Shown here: piece by piece, positions 1 through 7,420 of the stretch
Numbering within the stretch: the first letter of the stretch is position 1
How the letters are laid out: each line of letters begins with the position of its first letter
DNA from: a virus
Virus genome (UHGV): UHGV-0323396
Strand: one strand, 5' to 3'
DNA: 33,467 nt
Notes under the pieces: generated by a model
Told to the model about the DNA's origin: nothing
Seen by the model: the letters and a program-made list of their open reading frames with translations, nothing else
Database searches by the model: none
Position numbers and translations under genes: made by a program

Positions 1-588
1 ATTTAATAGCTGGTCCTTATTTCTCCAGATTCTATCTGAGAACATTGCACCAGCATAAGGATATTCTATTATTTCTCTAACAGCTCTTGTTGGAATAACT
101 ACATTAGAATTAACTCCAAGTCCATCTAAAGCAGCAGCATATTCTCTTCTGTATATGCCTTCCAGATGGTCCTGCATAGTTATTTGAACGTTGTGTGCTG
201 TTTCTATTAGCTTTATATTTATTGAATCTAATAGAGCCATTTGTCTTGTAATATAAGCTCTATTAGATAAGATTTGCATTTCTTGTAATATTCGTTCGCT
301 TTGATATTGAGAATACATTCTTTGTAATTCTCTCATCTGTGCTTGATATTCTCTCATTTCTATAGGAGAGAGCCTTTGTTGCAGCTGTTGAAGTGTTAAT
401 CCATTTTCAGTTGCGTATCTATTATAGAAGTCGTTTAAATCTCTTCTGATTTCTCTAAATGCTGCTTGATATTTGCTATTAATAATTCTTAAAACTTCAT
501 CCTCTGTTTGTCTAGCAAATAAATCTCTGTCTAGCATTCTTTCTTCCCAGTAAGCTCTGCTGCCCATGCCTCTTGTATAATGTGGCAT
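1..588 (-). CDS. Head morphogenesis protein, SPP1 gp7 / phage Mu F family (N-terminal 196 codons). The ORF runs off the window start and continues in phase at the window end.
   Basis: Minus-strand ATG at 586-588 lies 9 nt after the portal stop (598-600), with RBS AGGTGA. Translation reads MPHYTRGMGSRAYWEERMLDRDLFARQTEDEV...AGAMFSDRIWRNKDQLLN with no stop through position 1. The FSDRIWRNKD motif is typical of the Mu F / gp7 domain. Position after the portal gene is canonical. No entry appears in the ORF track because the ORF is truncated by the window edge. Confidence 0.8.
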   Translation of the reverse strand, partial: MPHYTRGMGSRAYWEERMLDRDLFARQTEDEVLRIINSKYQAAFREIRRDLNDFYNRYATENGLTLQQLQQRLSPIEMREYQAQMRELQRMYSQYQSERILQEMQILSNRAYITRQMALLDSINIKLIETAHNVQITMQDHLEGIYRREYAAALDGLGVNSNVVIPTRAVREIIEYPYAGAMFSDRIWRNKDQLLN

Positions 589-597
589 CTACATCAC

Positions 598-1938
598 CTA
601 CTCTGCTATATTGTCTGATTGCTGTCTGATAGCGTTGAAATCAAATAGATTCATCTCTTCTGATTGTTGTTTTTTTTCTTGTTCCAGCCTTCTTAACTCT
701 TGGTCTTTATCAACCATTGGAAGTAAATCAAGCTGAGTTTCATTTGATATTATTCCAGTCAAGTCAGTAGCCATCTCAACTATTTCAACTAAGTTCTTAG
801 GATTATTTCTAGTAAATATAAATTCAACGTCTGTAAAATTCATTTGCTGATTAGTTCTTATATTTAATACATTAGAAAGAAGCTCAACTCTTCTGAATAG
901 TCCTTTTTTAAACTTCTGCTCTTTTACTCCAGTTAAGAATTCTAATCCTTGCAGCTTATAAGCCATAGAAACACCAGAGCTATTGCCTACAAAGTTTTCA
1001 TCTGACATATTAGGAGTATATGAGTTTTTATGAATATCTTTATCAAGTCTTGTTTTAAAATTCTCTAAAGCTGAATCATTTATATTTTTAGTTACAAATT
1101 CAACTCTTCCTTCTTTATTAGGAAAATTAAATACTTTTACTTCTTTTAATCTCAATGCTTGCTCAACATCTAAAACTTCCCCAGATACCAACAAGAATGA
1201 ATCTGTTAGTTCTTCAAAGTCATTAGCTGTGTCTGATTGAATCTTATCATAAGCATCTATTAAAGTTAAAACTGGCTCATAATCTCCAGTTTCATCTGCA
1301 TTATTTACATATCTTATTATAGGTATATCTTTGAACGGATGCTGCTGTTCATCTATAAGGACTACAGAATCTCCATCCATGCTGTAATATAATATAGAGT
1401 CTTTTGTGTAAACTTCTATTGAGTATATCTTTTTATTATCATCTACAGCATTTTTTATTTCAAAGTATCTTATAGCAGCTGTTGGCTCATCGTTTAAAGT
1501 ATTATCTGTTATATAAATTATTTCTCTTGGGTCAACAGCAGCCATTCTGTTTCTACCTTGTTCATCCATATAATGTAGCTCATACGAATATCCATATTTA
1601 CTGTTATTAGTAGCCAGTGTAGTATTTAAATCTGGCTCATCATTATATTTAAAAATAGCTGTTAATCTGTCTAATAAATTTTCATCTTTGCATCTTGTTT
1701 GTACTGGTATACCTACAAAGTAACCAGTAGACATTGTTGTTATATATCTTGCATAGTTTGTAACCAGTTTATTATTTGATTTAGTTGGGTCATTTTTTCT
1801 TCTCTTCATTATAGGAGCATTACTTCTATAATAAGAGTCTAATAAATCAAGTCTAGTTATTTCTTTTTTATGTGAATCTATTAATGATTTAATTACATCT
1901 GGAGTTAAGCCAGTGTTTTTTGATAATCTTACTTTCAT
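598..1938 (-). CDS. Portal protein (SPP1 Gp6-like family)
   Basis: 446 aa. N-terminus reads ...KSNNKLVTNYARYITTMSTGYFVGIPV, as in SPP1-type portals. Sits between terL and the MuF gene. Confidence 0.85.
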   Translation of the reverse strand: MKVRLSKNTGLTPDVIKSLIDSHKKEITRLDLLDSYYRSNAPIMKRRKNDPTKSNNKLVTNYARYITTMSTGYFVGIPVQTRCKDENLLDRLTAIFKYNDEPDLNTTLATNNSKYGYSYELHYMDEQGRNRMAAVDPREIIYITDNTLNDEPTAAIRYFEIKNAVDDNKKIYSIEVYTKDSILYYSMDGDSVVLIDEQQHPFKDIPIIRYVNNADETGDYEPVLTLIDAYDKIQSDTANDFEELTDSFLLVSGEVLDVEQALRLKEVKVFNFPNKEGRVEFVTKNINDSALENFKTRLDKDIHKNSYTPNMSDENFVGNSSGVSMAYKLQGLEFLTGVKEQKFKKGLFRRVELLSNVLNIRTNQQMNFTDVEFIFTRNNPKNLVEIVEMATDLTGIISNETQLDLLPMVDKDQELRRLEQEKKQQSEEMNLFDFNAIRQQSDNIAE

Positions 1939-2110
1939 TTGATTTGCTCCTTATTTTGAAGTGATTTTTTGATTTGTTTACATAATTAATGTTATGTAAT
2001 TGTCCTCTAAATACTGTTTTAGGGAATAGTTAAAAAGAATGTAGTATTTGCAGCACTTTCAGAAATCAGGCTTTTGACAGACTCTTTAAAAATGCATTTT
2101 TTTAAGAAAA

Positions 2111-2123
2111 GTTTACTATATCT
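2111..2123 (-). promoter_or_regulatory. Motif copy (variant GATATAGTAAA on the minus strand), 3 nt downstream of the terL stop and upstream of portal.
   Basis: Plus strand reads gtttactatatct. Member of the recurring (C/G)ATATAGTAA family (see findings). Confidence 0.3.
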
Positions 2124-2128
2124 AAACT

Positions 2129-3385
2129 TTATAAGCTGAAAATCGACTTATCCATGATAACAAGTCCAGATTTTTTTGTATCTTCCATAGCGTATCTAAG
2201 AGCATCCATTAAATGGTTAAAATCATCAATAGGTTTATTAATGATAGTTCCATTTTTGTTGCTCCAGACATAGTTATTAATTTCAATAAGGAAATTTTCA
2301 CATTTAGGATGGATAATAATTTTATAATCTTGAATATTTTGGATTCCATTCAGAATTGAATCTTTACCTTTTTTAGCAGCTTTGATTCTGTAGATGCCTT
2401 TGCTCTTAATATCATCTATTGATTTAGGCTCTGCTGAATCAGCTGTAATTGTTTCTTTTGAATAGCCTTTATATTTAATCATGTTAGCAATGTCTTCATT
2501 AGTCATTGCTTTTTGATAATGTTCATCAAATATATATAGCTCTTTGTTATCTTGGTCAACTATAGCAGCAACGAATGCTGTTGGGTCATTTGTATATCCA
2601 AAGTCAAGGCCAAAGACTGCTTTTGCTCCTGCTCTTTTAGATATATCCATATAGTCGAACTCTTGCTCTATGAAATTTTCATAAACAAGGCCCTCTGCTA
2701 TTCCCCAGTTTCCAAGTCCTTCTATATTATATCTTCTTGGATTATTAATCTTCATTTGTTCGAATAAAGCTCTGTCATCATCTCCAAGCCACTCATTGCA
2801 TTCATAAGTAGTTGTCAAAGCTAGAGTATTTGAATCTGGAGAATCGAAGAATCTTTTCTTTAACCAGTGTTTTTCACTCCAAGGGTTAAATGTTATTATA
2901 ATTTGCTTAAAATATCCTTCTGGAAGTTTTCCTCTTATAGACATGTCCACTTTGTTAAAGTCATCTTCATTATTTATTTGATATGCCTCTTCAAACCAAC
3001 ACCAGCAAAGATAGCCATGTTCTACAGTTATAGAAGTTATGCTCATTGGGTCATTCAGTCCTCTAAATAGTATTTTTTGGCCAGTTGGTAAATAAGTTGC
3101 TTCTAATGGAGATAATGAGAATTTCCATAAGTGAGACACTCCTAACTCATTAACACATTTTTTTAATTGAGCATATGTAGATTTTAGATTATCTTTAAAA
3201 ACCTTTCTTATTACCAACGTGTTAGCAAGAGGATATTTCATCATATTATAGATTATCCAGTATGCTGTAGTATAAGACTTCTTGCTTCCTCTTGAGCCTT
3301 TAACTACTTTGTATCTACCTTTATATCTCCAAAAAGCTCCATAGCCTTTGCCAATCTTTTGAGATATGTTAATCTTCAATGTCAT
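2129..3385 (-). CDS. terL: Terminase large subunit (PBSX / Terminase_3-type)
   Basis: 418 aa. Walker A-like VVKGSRGSKKS near the N-terminus. C-terminal nuclease-like region. Overlaps terS by 17 nt. Confidence 0.85.
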   Translation of the reverse strand: MTLKINISQKIGKGYGAFWRYKGRYKVVKGSRGSKKSYTTAYWIIYNMMKYPLANTLVIRKVFKDNLKSTYAQLKKCVNELGVSHLWKFSLSPLEATYLPTGQKILFRGLNDPMSITSITVEHGYLCWCWFEEAYQINNEDDFNKVDMSIRGKLPEGYFKQIIITFNPWSEKHWLKKRFFDSPDSNTLALTTTYECNEWLGDDDRALFEQMKINNPRRYNIEGLGNWGIAEGLVYENFIEQEFDYMDISKRAGAKAVFGLDFGYTNDPTAFVAAIVDQDNKELYIFDEHYQKAMTNEDIANMIKYKGYSKETITADSAEPKSIDDIKSKGIYRIKAAKKGKDSILNGIQNIQDYKIIIHPKCENFLIEINNYVWSNKNGTIINKPIDDFNHLMDALRYAMEDTKKSGLVIMDKSIFSL

Positions 3386-3794
3386 CTTCTCCAGTAAATA
3401 CTACTGTTTGAGCAATGTCTGCTTTAACTTCTGTTTTATCACGCCATCTGTCTGGCTGTCTATTCTTTAACCAGAATATTTGAGCTGTTGTGTTAGGTTT
3501 AGCATATCTTTGAGCTTGAACAACTTCTCCAGTTGCTGTTGCTATATCTTCATAATAAGTGAATCCAGTTGCTGTTTTAAACAATGCATTTACTACTTGA
3601 GCATCTGCAATGTCCTTGCCTTTCTTTAAGGCCTCGCAAAACTCGCAATATTCTTTTTTATATCTGTACAACGTTGCTACATTTATTCCTAAGTTTATTG
3701 CTATCTGTTCATCAGTTAAACCACTCATGGCCCATCCTTGTATTTCATCCAGATAAGGCTTTACATGAGTGTCATACTTGGACTTTCTTGCCAT
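3369..3794 (-). CDS. terS: Terminase small subunit (P27-family-like, N-terminal HTH)
   Basis: 141 aa. MARKSKYDTHVKPYLDEIQGWAMSGLTDEQIAINLGINVATLYRYKK.. is classic TerS. Lies directly upstream of terL. Confidence 0.8.
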   Translation of the reverse strand: MARKSKYDTHVKPYLDEIQGWAMSGLTDEQIAINLGINVATLYRYKKEYCEFCEALKKGKDIADAQVVNALFKTATGFTYYEDIATATGEVVQAQRYAKPNTTAQIFWLKNRQPDRWRDKTEVKADIAQTVVFTGEDDIED

Positions 3795-3812
3795 GTGTAG
3801 CCACCTTTCATG

Positions 3813-3977
3813 TTATTTATTTAATTCTTCTTTAAGAGCCTCTATATCATTAGTTAAATCATTTGTTAAGATATAAGCCTCTATAAGTCTTTTCATTTCT
3901 TTTTTATTAAAAGTTAAACACATTAAAGTTAATATTGAGTCATTTATTTCTTCTTGGCTATTTCTTAATTTACTCAT
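3813..3977 (-). CDS. Small hypothetical protein (54 aa)
   Basis: ORF MSKLRNSQEEINDSILTLMCLTFNKKEMKRLIEAYILTNDLTNDIEALKEELNK, with RBS GGGAG 9 nt upstream. Below the ORF-track size cut-off. Confidence 0.4.
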   Translation of the reverse strand: MSKLRNSQEEINDSILTLMCLTFNKKEMKRLIEAYILTNDLTNDIEALKEELNK

Positions 3978-4000
3978 GATTATCAGCTCCCATTTTAGTT

Positions 4001-4177
4001 TTATTTATCTGTTGTATCTATTTCAGCAACTATTGTATAGTCATCTGTTATTGTAACTGTATAATCCATATTGCAGCTTGGACATGTAAAATATGCTTCT
4101 GCTGTTAATGGGTCATTACCAGTTGATATAAGTTCAGAGCCACAACCTATACAATAAGTTTCTTCTATGTATTCCAT
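4001..4177 (-). CDS. Small zinc-ribbon protein (58 aa, CxxC...CxxC)
   Basis: MEYIEETYCIGCGSELISTGNDPLTAEAYFTCPSCNMDYTVTITDDY.., with RBS AAAGGAGAA 7 nt upstream. Two CxxC pairs. Confidence 0.5.
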   Translation of the reverse strand: MEYIEETYCIGCGSELISTGNDPLTAEAYFTCPSCNMDYTVTITDDYTIVAEIDTTDK

Positions 4178-4206
4178 GTGTGTTCTCCTTTGTCTGTTAA
4201 TTTGAT

Positions 4207-4235
4207 TGGTGAGTATCTTTAGAATCGAACTAAAG
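4207..4235 (-). other. tRNA 3'-end-like segment (T-arm + acceptor 3' strand + discriminator + CCA). Candidate attP core or tRNA relic.
   Basis: Minus strand reads TTTAG-TTCGATT-CTAAA-GATACTC-A-CCA: a canonical G53/T-loop/C61 T-arm, a 7-nt acceptor strand, then CCA. The upstream sequence does not fold as a D-arm or anticodon arm, so this is not a full tRNA. Confidence 0.45.
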
Positions 4236-4273
4236 CAAAAGCTCCAGCTTACTCATATTTAGACATAAAAAAA

Positions 4274-4347
4274 GCAGCTATAGCAGGATTAATATTTATA
4301 GGAGGAGGACTTCTTGAAAGGAGGTAATTTTTCTGCTGCTATAGCTG
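4274..4347. repeat. Two near-palindromic 12-14 bp sites, CAGCTATAGCAG and CTGCTATAGCTG, about 60 bp apart (operator or arm-site-like).
   Basis: Plus strand has gcagctatagcagg at about 4274-4287 and ctgctgctatagctg at about 4333-4347. Each is an imperfect palindrome and the two are mutually inverted. Located in the 270-nt non-coding stretch upstream of the terS operon. Confidence 0.35.
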
Positions 4348-4444
4348 TTAAAAAAAGGAGTGTTTTATATAATGTACTTAGTAAAGAGAAGTAATTCTCT
4401 TATATTCCATATGTAGCAACATCTACCCCCATTTTTTAACTCTA

Positions 4445-5071
4445 CTAGGAAATTTTAGTATAAAAATTAGAATTATCATATAACAAATCTTGCTTAGAAT
4501 ATCCATCGTACATCATTTCCATGTATTCATCTTCTATAGAATATTCTTCTTCTTGTTCTCTATATAAATATAAATCATCATATAGAAAATCCAATCTTGA
4601 TACATCTGTGTCCATTATTTCTGTATCTGATATTCCTCTACCTAAAATAAATTCAGCATCTTCTCTTCTTTTACTATTGATAATCTCCCATCCATTATCC
4701 CATCTTTCAAATTTTTCTTTATATAGTCCCATCTTTCTTTTCTTTTTGTTTATCTTGATTCTTTCATCTTGTGTCATGTTTTTATATTTATTATTTTTTC
4801 CACCTTCTATTAAGTTATAATAATTATCTGAATTAACAGCATCAAAATAATTTATCCAATATGCTTCTCTTGCATACGCATCATCTTCCGTATTACACAC
4901 TTCTATTATTTTTTTAGAAAAATTATGGCCGCCATATTTCTTTTTTGCTAGAGTCAATGCTGCTCCACTCCCCATGTAACAATCATCTTCGATGTTGCAG
5001 CTACATTTTCTCTTCCCTATATATTTCTTTCCATTAATGTTATTCGTGATTTCATACACATAAAAATTCAT
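4445..5071 (-). CDS. Free-standing GIY-YIG endonuclease (homing-endonuclease-like)
   Basis: N-terminus FYVYEITNNINGKKYIGKRK...YMGSG matches the GIY-YIG motif. Sits between the regulatory gene and terS, a typical homing-endonuclease insertion point. Confidence 0.7.
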   Translation of the reverse strand: MNFYVYEITNNINGKKYIGKRKCSCNIEDDCYMGSGAALTLAKKKYGGHNFSKKIIEVCNTEDDAYAREAYWINYFDAVNSDNYYNLIEGGKNNKYKNMTQDERIKINKKKRKMGLYKEKFERWDNGWEIINSKRREDAEFILGRGISDTEIMDTDVSRLDFLYDDLYLYREQEEEYSIEDEYMEMMYDGYSKQDLLYDNSNFYTKIS

Positions 5072-5107
5072 TACATCTTCTCCTTTGGTTTAAAAATAGT
5101 TATGTAT

Positions 5108-5118
5108 TTACTATATGA
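5108..5118 (-). promoter_or_regulatory. Motif copy TTCATATAGTAAA (minus strand), upstream of the GIY-YIG gene
   Basis: Plus strand reads tttactatatgaa, just downstream of the 5141-5172 terminator. Confidence 0.35.
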
Positions 5119-5140
5119 ACAACTCTTGACTGTTTTTAGG

Positions 5141-5172
5141 CATAAAAAAAGAGAGGCTATTTGTTAGCCTCT
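5141..5172 (-). terminator. Rho-independent terminator after the sigma-like gene
   Basis: Minus strand reads AGAGGCTAacaaaTAGCCTCT followed by CTTTTTTT. The hairpin includes the stop codon. Confidence 0.6.
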
Positions 5173-6083
5173 ATCATATTTATTATTTCACCAAGTTTCT
5201 TATATAAAGCAATTTTCATAGCTCTTATTGTGTCTGGATTATTATTCCCTTTGTTGAAAGCTTGTAAATGTTCAAGAGCAACGTATTCAGATATTGCATC
5301 TATTATAAAATCTTCATCTTTATATTTATCATAAGCAGCTCTAAAACTTTTAGTGTCTAATATTTCTTCAAGTATTCTTTCTTGGTCCATTAAAACTGCC
5401 ACCATCGGAGATACATCTCCATATTGTTCGCTATAAGCTCTTGATACTCTTTCAGATATTCTCTTTCTCATCGTTCTTGCTTTATCTGGGTTTTTATGAT
5501 GAACTTCGCCATCTAAGAATTGTGATTGTTTTCTAGTCAATATAAAATCTTTATTATTATCAAACCATTTTAAGAAATGATTTTTTCTTTCTTCCTCTTC
5601 TTCTGTGTCTACTGATATATTTCCAGCTAATAAATCTTCTAGAGGAGAGTTAGCAGCTTCACTGTCTGATTCTATTAATGGAGAGCAACTTGATTCATGT
5701 ATTTGTATGATTGAACCATCTCTATTTTTCTTAGATGCTGGGATTAAGTTTTTCTTAGCTATATTTAAAGCATAATTCATAACTTGTCCCATAAATTCTT
5801 TATTATCTAGTGATATTTCTTCTAATGGCATATCTTCTGAAACTATAACCATTGCTTCATACATAGCTGCATATACTTCATCTCTAACTATATCATCACT
5901 CATTCCTTTGTGATAATACCATTCAGCCGAAGTTGCCGGTCTTACTTTTTTTAATAATCCATTCATTGCTTCATTTCTTTTATGAGTTACTTCTATGCTT
6001 GCACTTTCATTAGTTCTATCTAATTCCACTATATTTATTTCTATCATTTCATTTGTTAATTGTTCTAATCTTTGTTTTTTCAT
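5157..6083 (-). CDS. Putative phage sigma-factor-like late regulator (region-2-like segment, acidic linker, region-4-like HTH)
   Basis: The ORF track gives 5157..6245. The probable start is the ATG at 6081-6083 (MKKQRLEQL..) with RBS AAAGGATGG. The upstream 54 codons are Cys/His-rich and contain the promoter motif. Evidence for the sigma-like call: FMGQVMNYALNIAKKNLI resembles sigma region 2.2/2.3; an acidic linker SVDTEEEEERK follows; FILTRKQSQFLDG...KARTMRKRISERVSRAY resembles region 4. Confidence 0.4.
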   Translation of the reverse strand: MKKQRLEQLTNEMIEINIVELDRTNESASIEVTHKRNEAMNGLLKKVRPATSAEWYYHKGMSDDIVRDEVYAAMYEAMVIVSEDMPLEEISLDNKEFMGQVMNYALNIAKKNLIPASKKNRDGSIIQIHESSCSPLIESDSEAANSPLEDLLAGNISVDTEEEEERKNHFLKWFDNNKDFILTRKQSQFLDGEVHHKNPDKARTMRKRISERVSRAYSEQYGDVSPMVAVLMDQERILEEILDTKSFRAAYDKYKDEDFIIDAISEYVALEHLQAFNKGNNNPDTIRAMKIALYKKLGEIINMIEANK

Positions 6084-6212
6084 ATTTTTATTCCATCCTT
6101 TTTTTATAATTTTTATAGTTTCACGTACATCTTTCTGGTACACATTCTGTAAGTAGCAACAGCTCCCACCTAAAATACTGTGGTTACAGTAGTGTAAATC
6201 TTTGTGTATATA

Positions 6213-6223
6213 TACTATATGAG
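6213..6223 (-). promoter_or_regulatory. Motif copy CTCATATAGTAT (minus strand), preceded by two direct GTCAGAC repeats (6225-6243)
   Basis: Plus strand reads atactatatgag followed by gtctgac-aaaag-gtctgac. Lies upstream of the probable start of the sigma-like gene. Confidence 0.35.
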
Positions 6224-6305
6224 TGTCTGACAAAAGGTCTGACATGTTTTCTTATTTACTTATTACTGTGTTTTGGATTCTTTTTCACATTAGATTCGAA
6301 TTTTT

Positions 6306-7172
6306 TTAAGATATTAAAGAATAGTTATTTTTAGATAAATCTATAAAAGGTATTTCCGGAAACGCTCCTGAGATTACATCAACCAGATTTAATAAATACT
6401 CTGGATTATCTACTGATTGAAGGTCGTCTCTCTTAAATTCTTTGCGAACTTGTCCAACTATGTATATAGGTAATGGAACAATATATCCATTTATATTTCT
6501 TGATTGATTCACGTTCCCATAAGTAATGTTTGTATGAGTTGAGAAATCTCTATCTATTACAAAATCATGTCTTTTTTTAGTCTCGGGATTTATGTAATAA
6601 AACTTTCTTCTGTCTTGAGATTTAGCAACTAATTGATTTCTACTATCTTTAGATTCTTTTAATACATGAGCGTATATGACTTTATTTTTCTTTTGATTAA
6701 ATAACATTATGTCTACAGCTCCATATATGTCCAGTATTACATTTGAATATATATTTATATCTGGTAAAAACTCTTTTATGACAGCTATTATATAAAGCTC
6801 CATCATTCTTGAGTAATACGTTCTGGAAGCTCTGTCAGCTAAAACTTTTGATGCTGTTTCTGTCCATTCAAGTTTTCTCCATTTTCCATCTTTGTTTTTA
6901 AAGTTTCCTTTTCCATCGTCTATCCATTCATAGCATTTAAATACGTACCAGTCTACATAAAACTGTTGGTCTGGTATTTCACCGTATTCATTTATTAAAT
7001 CATCAAATAAAGTTATTACTGGAAATGAGTTATATCTTTCTAAATAAGTTCTTTCTTGTCTTTCCTCTGCTGTTAATTTAGATACATTAACTTTATTTGC
7101 TTCGTATGGAGCTTTCTCCATTGCTGCTTTAACATCCTTAAAGCTTATTTCTACTTTGTTGTAATTAATCAT
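6306..7172 (-). CDS. Hypothetical protein, possible PD-(D/E)xK nuclease fold
   Basis: 288 aa. ...VILDIYGAVDIMLF..(about 15 aa)..IYAHVLKESK shows the D...D / ExK spacing of PD-(D/E)xK nucleases. The fold assignment is only an inference. Confidence 0.3.
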   Translation of the reverse strand: MINYNKVEISFKDVKAAMEKAPYEANKVNVSKLTAEERQERTYLERYNSFPVITLFDDLINEYGEIPDQQFYVDWYVFKCYEWIDDGKGNFKNKDGKWRKLEWTETASKVLADRASRTYYSRMMELYIIAVIKEFLPDINIYSNVILDIYGAVDIMLFNQKKNKVIYAHVLKESKDSRNQLVAKSQDRRKFYYINPETKKRHDFVIDRDFSTHTNITYGNVNQSRNINGYIVPLPIYIVGQVRKEFKRDDLQSVDNPEYLLNLVDVISGAFPEIPFIDLSKNNYSLIS

Positions 7173-7227
7173 ATTTATCTACCATCCTTTTATTAATTAT
7201 TTTTGATTTTTTAGGCCCTTTAGTTGT

Positions 7228-7239
7228 TACTATATGTGC
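7228..7239 (-). promoter_or_regulatory. Motif copy CACATATAGTAAC (minus strand), upstream of the 6306..7172 gene
   Basis: Plus strand reads ttactatatgtg. Confidence 0.35.
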
Positions 7240-7420
7240 CTTCATGGATGTATTACTAAATTTAGGTAATTAATTACACATAAATAAAAAAAATTTTTGG
7301 AATAAATATAAAATGTTGTGGTATACTTATAACAGAAACGAATTATTGTATAAAAAAAGAGGAGTTGGCAGCTCCTCTATAAATAAATTATTGATTTTTG
7401 TATTTTTAAAAAACAAATAA

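Noticed and set aside
4190-4265. A complete tRNA gene.
   Set aside because: Only the T-arm, acceptor 3' strand and CCA are tRNA-like. No D-arm or anticodon arm can be formed from the upstream sequence, and the total length would be under 50 nt.
6084-6245. The N-terminal 54 codons of the track ORF 5157..6245.
   Set aside because: This segment is Cys/His-rich and improbable. It contains promoter motif copy 2 and the GTCAGAC direct repeats. An RBS-supported ATG lies at 6083.
6306-7172. A tyrosine or serine recombinase (integrase) among the early proteins.
   Set aside because: No R..HxxR..Y tetrad or resolvase catalytic-serine N-domain was recognisable in any ORF. The only resolvase-like feature is an isolated HTH_7 in 12434..12988.
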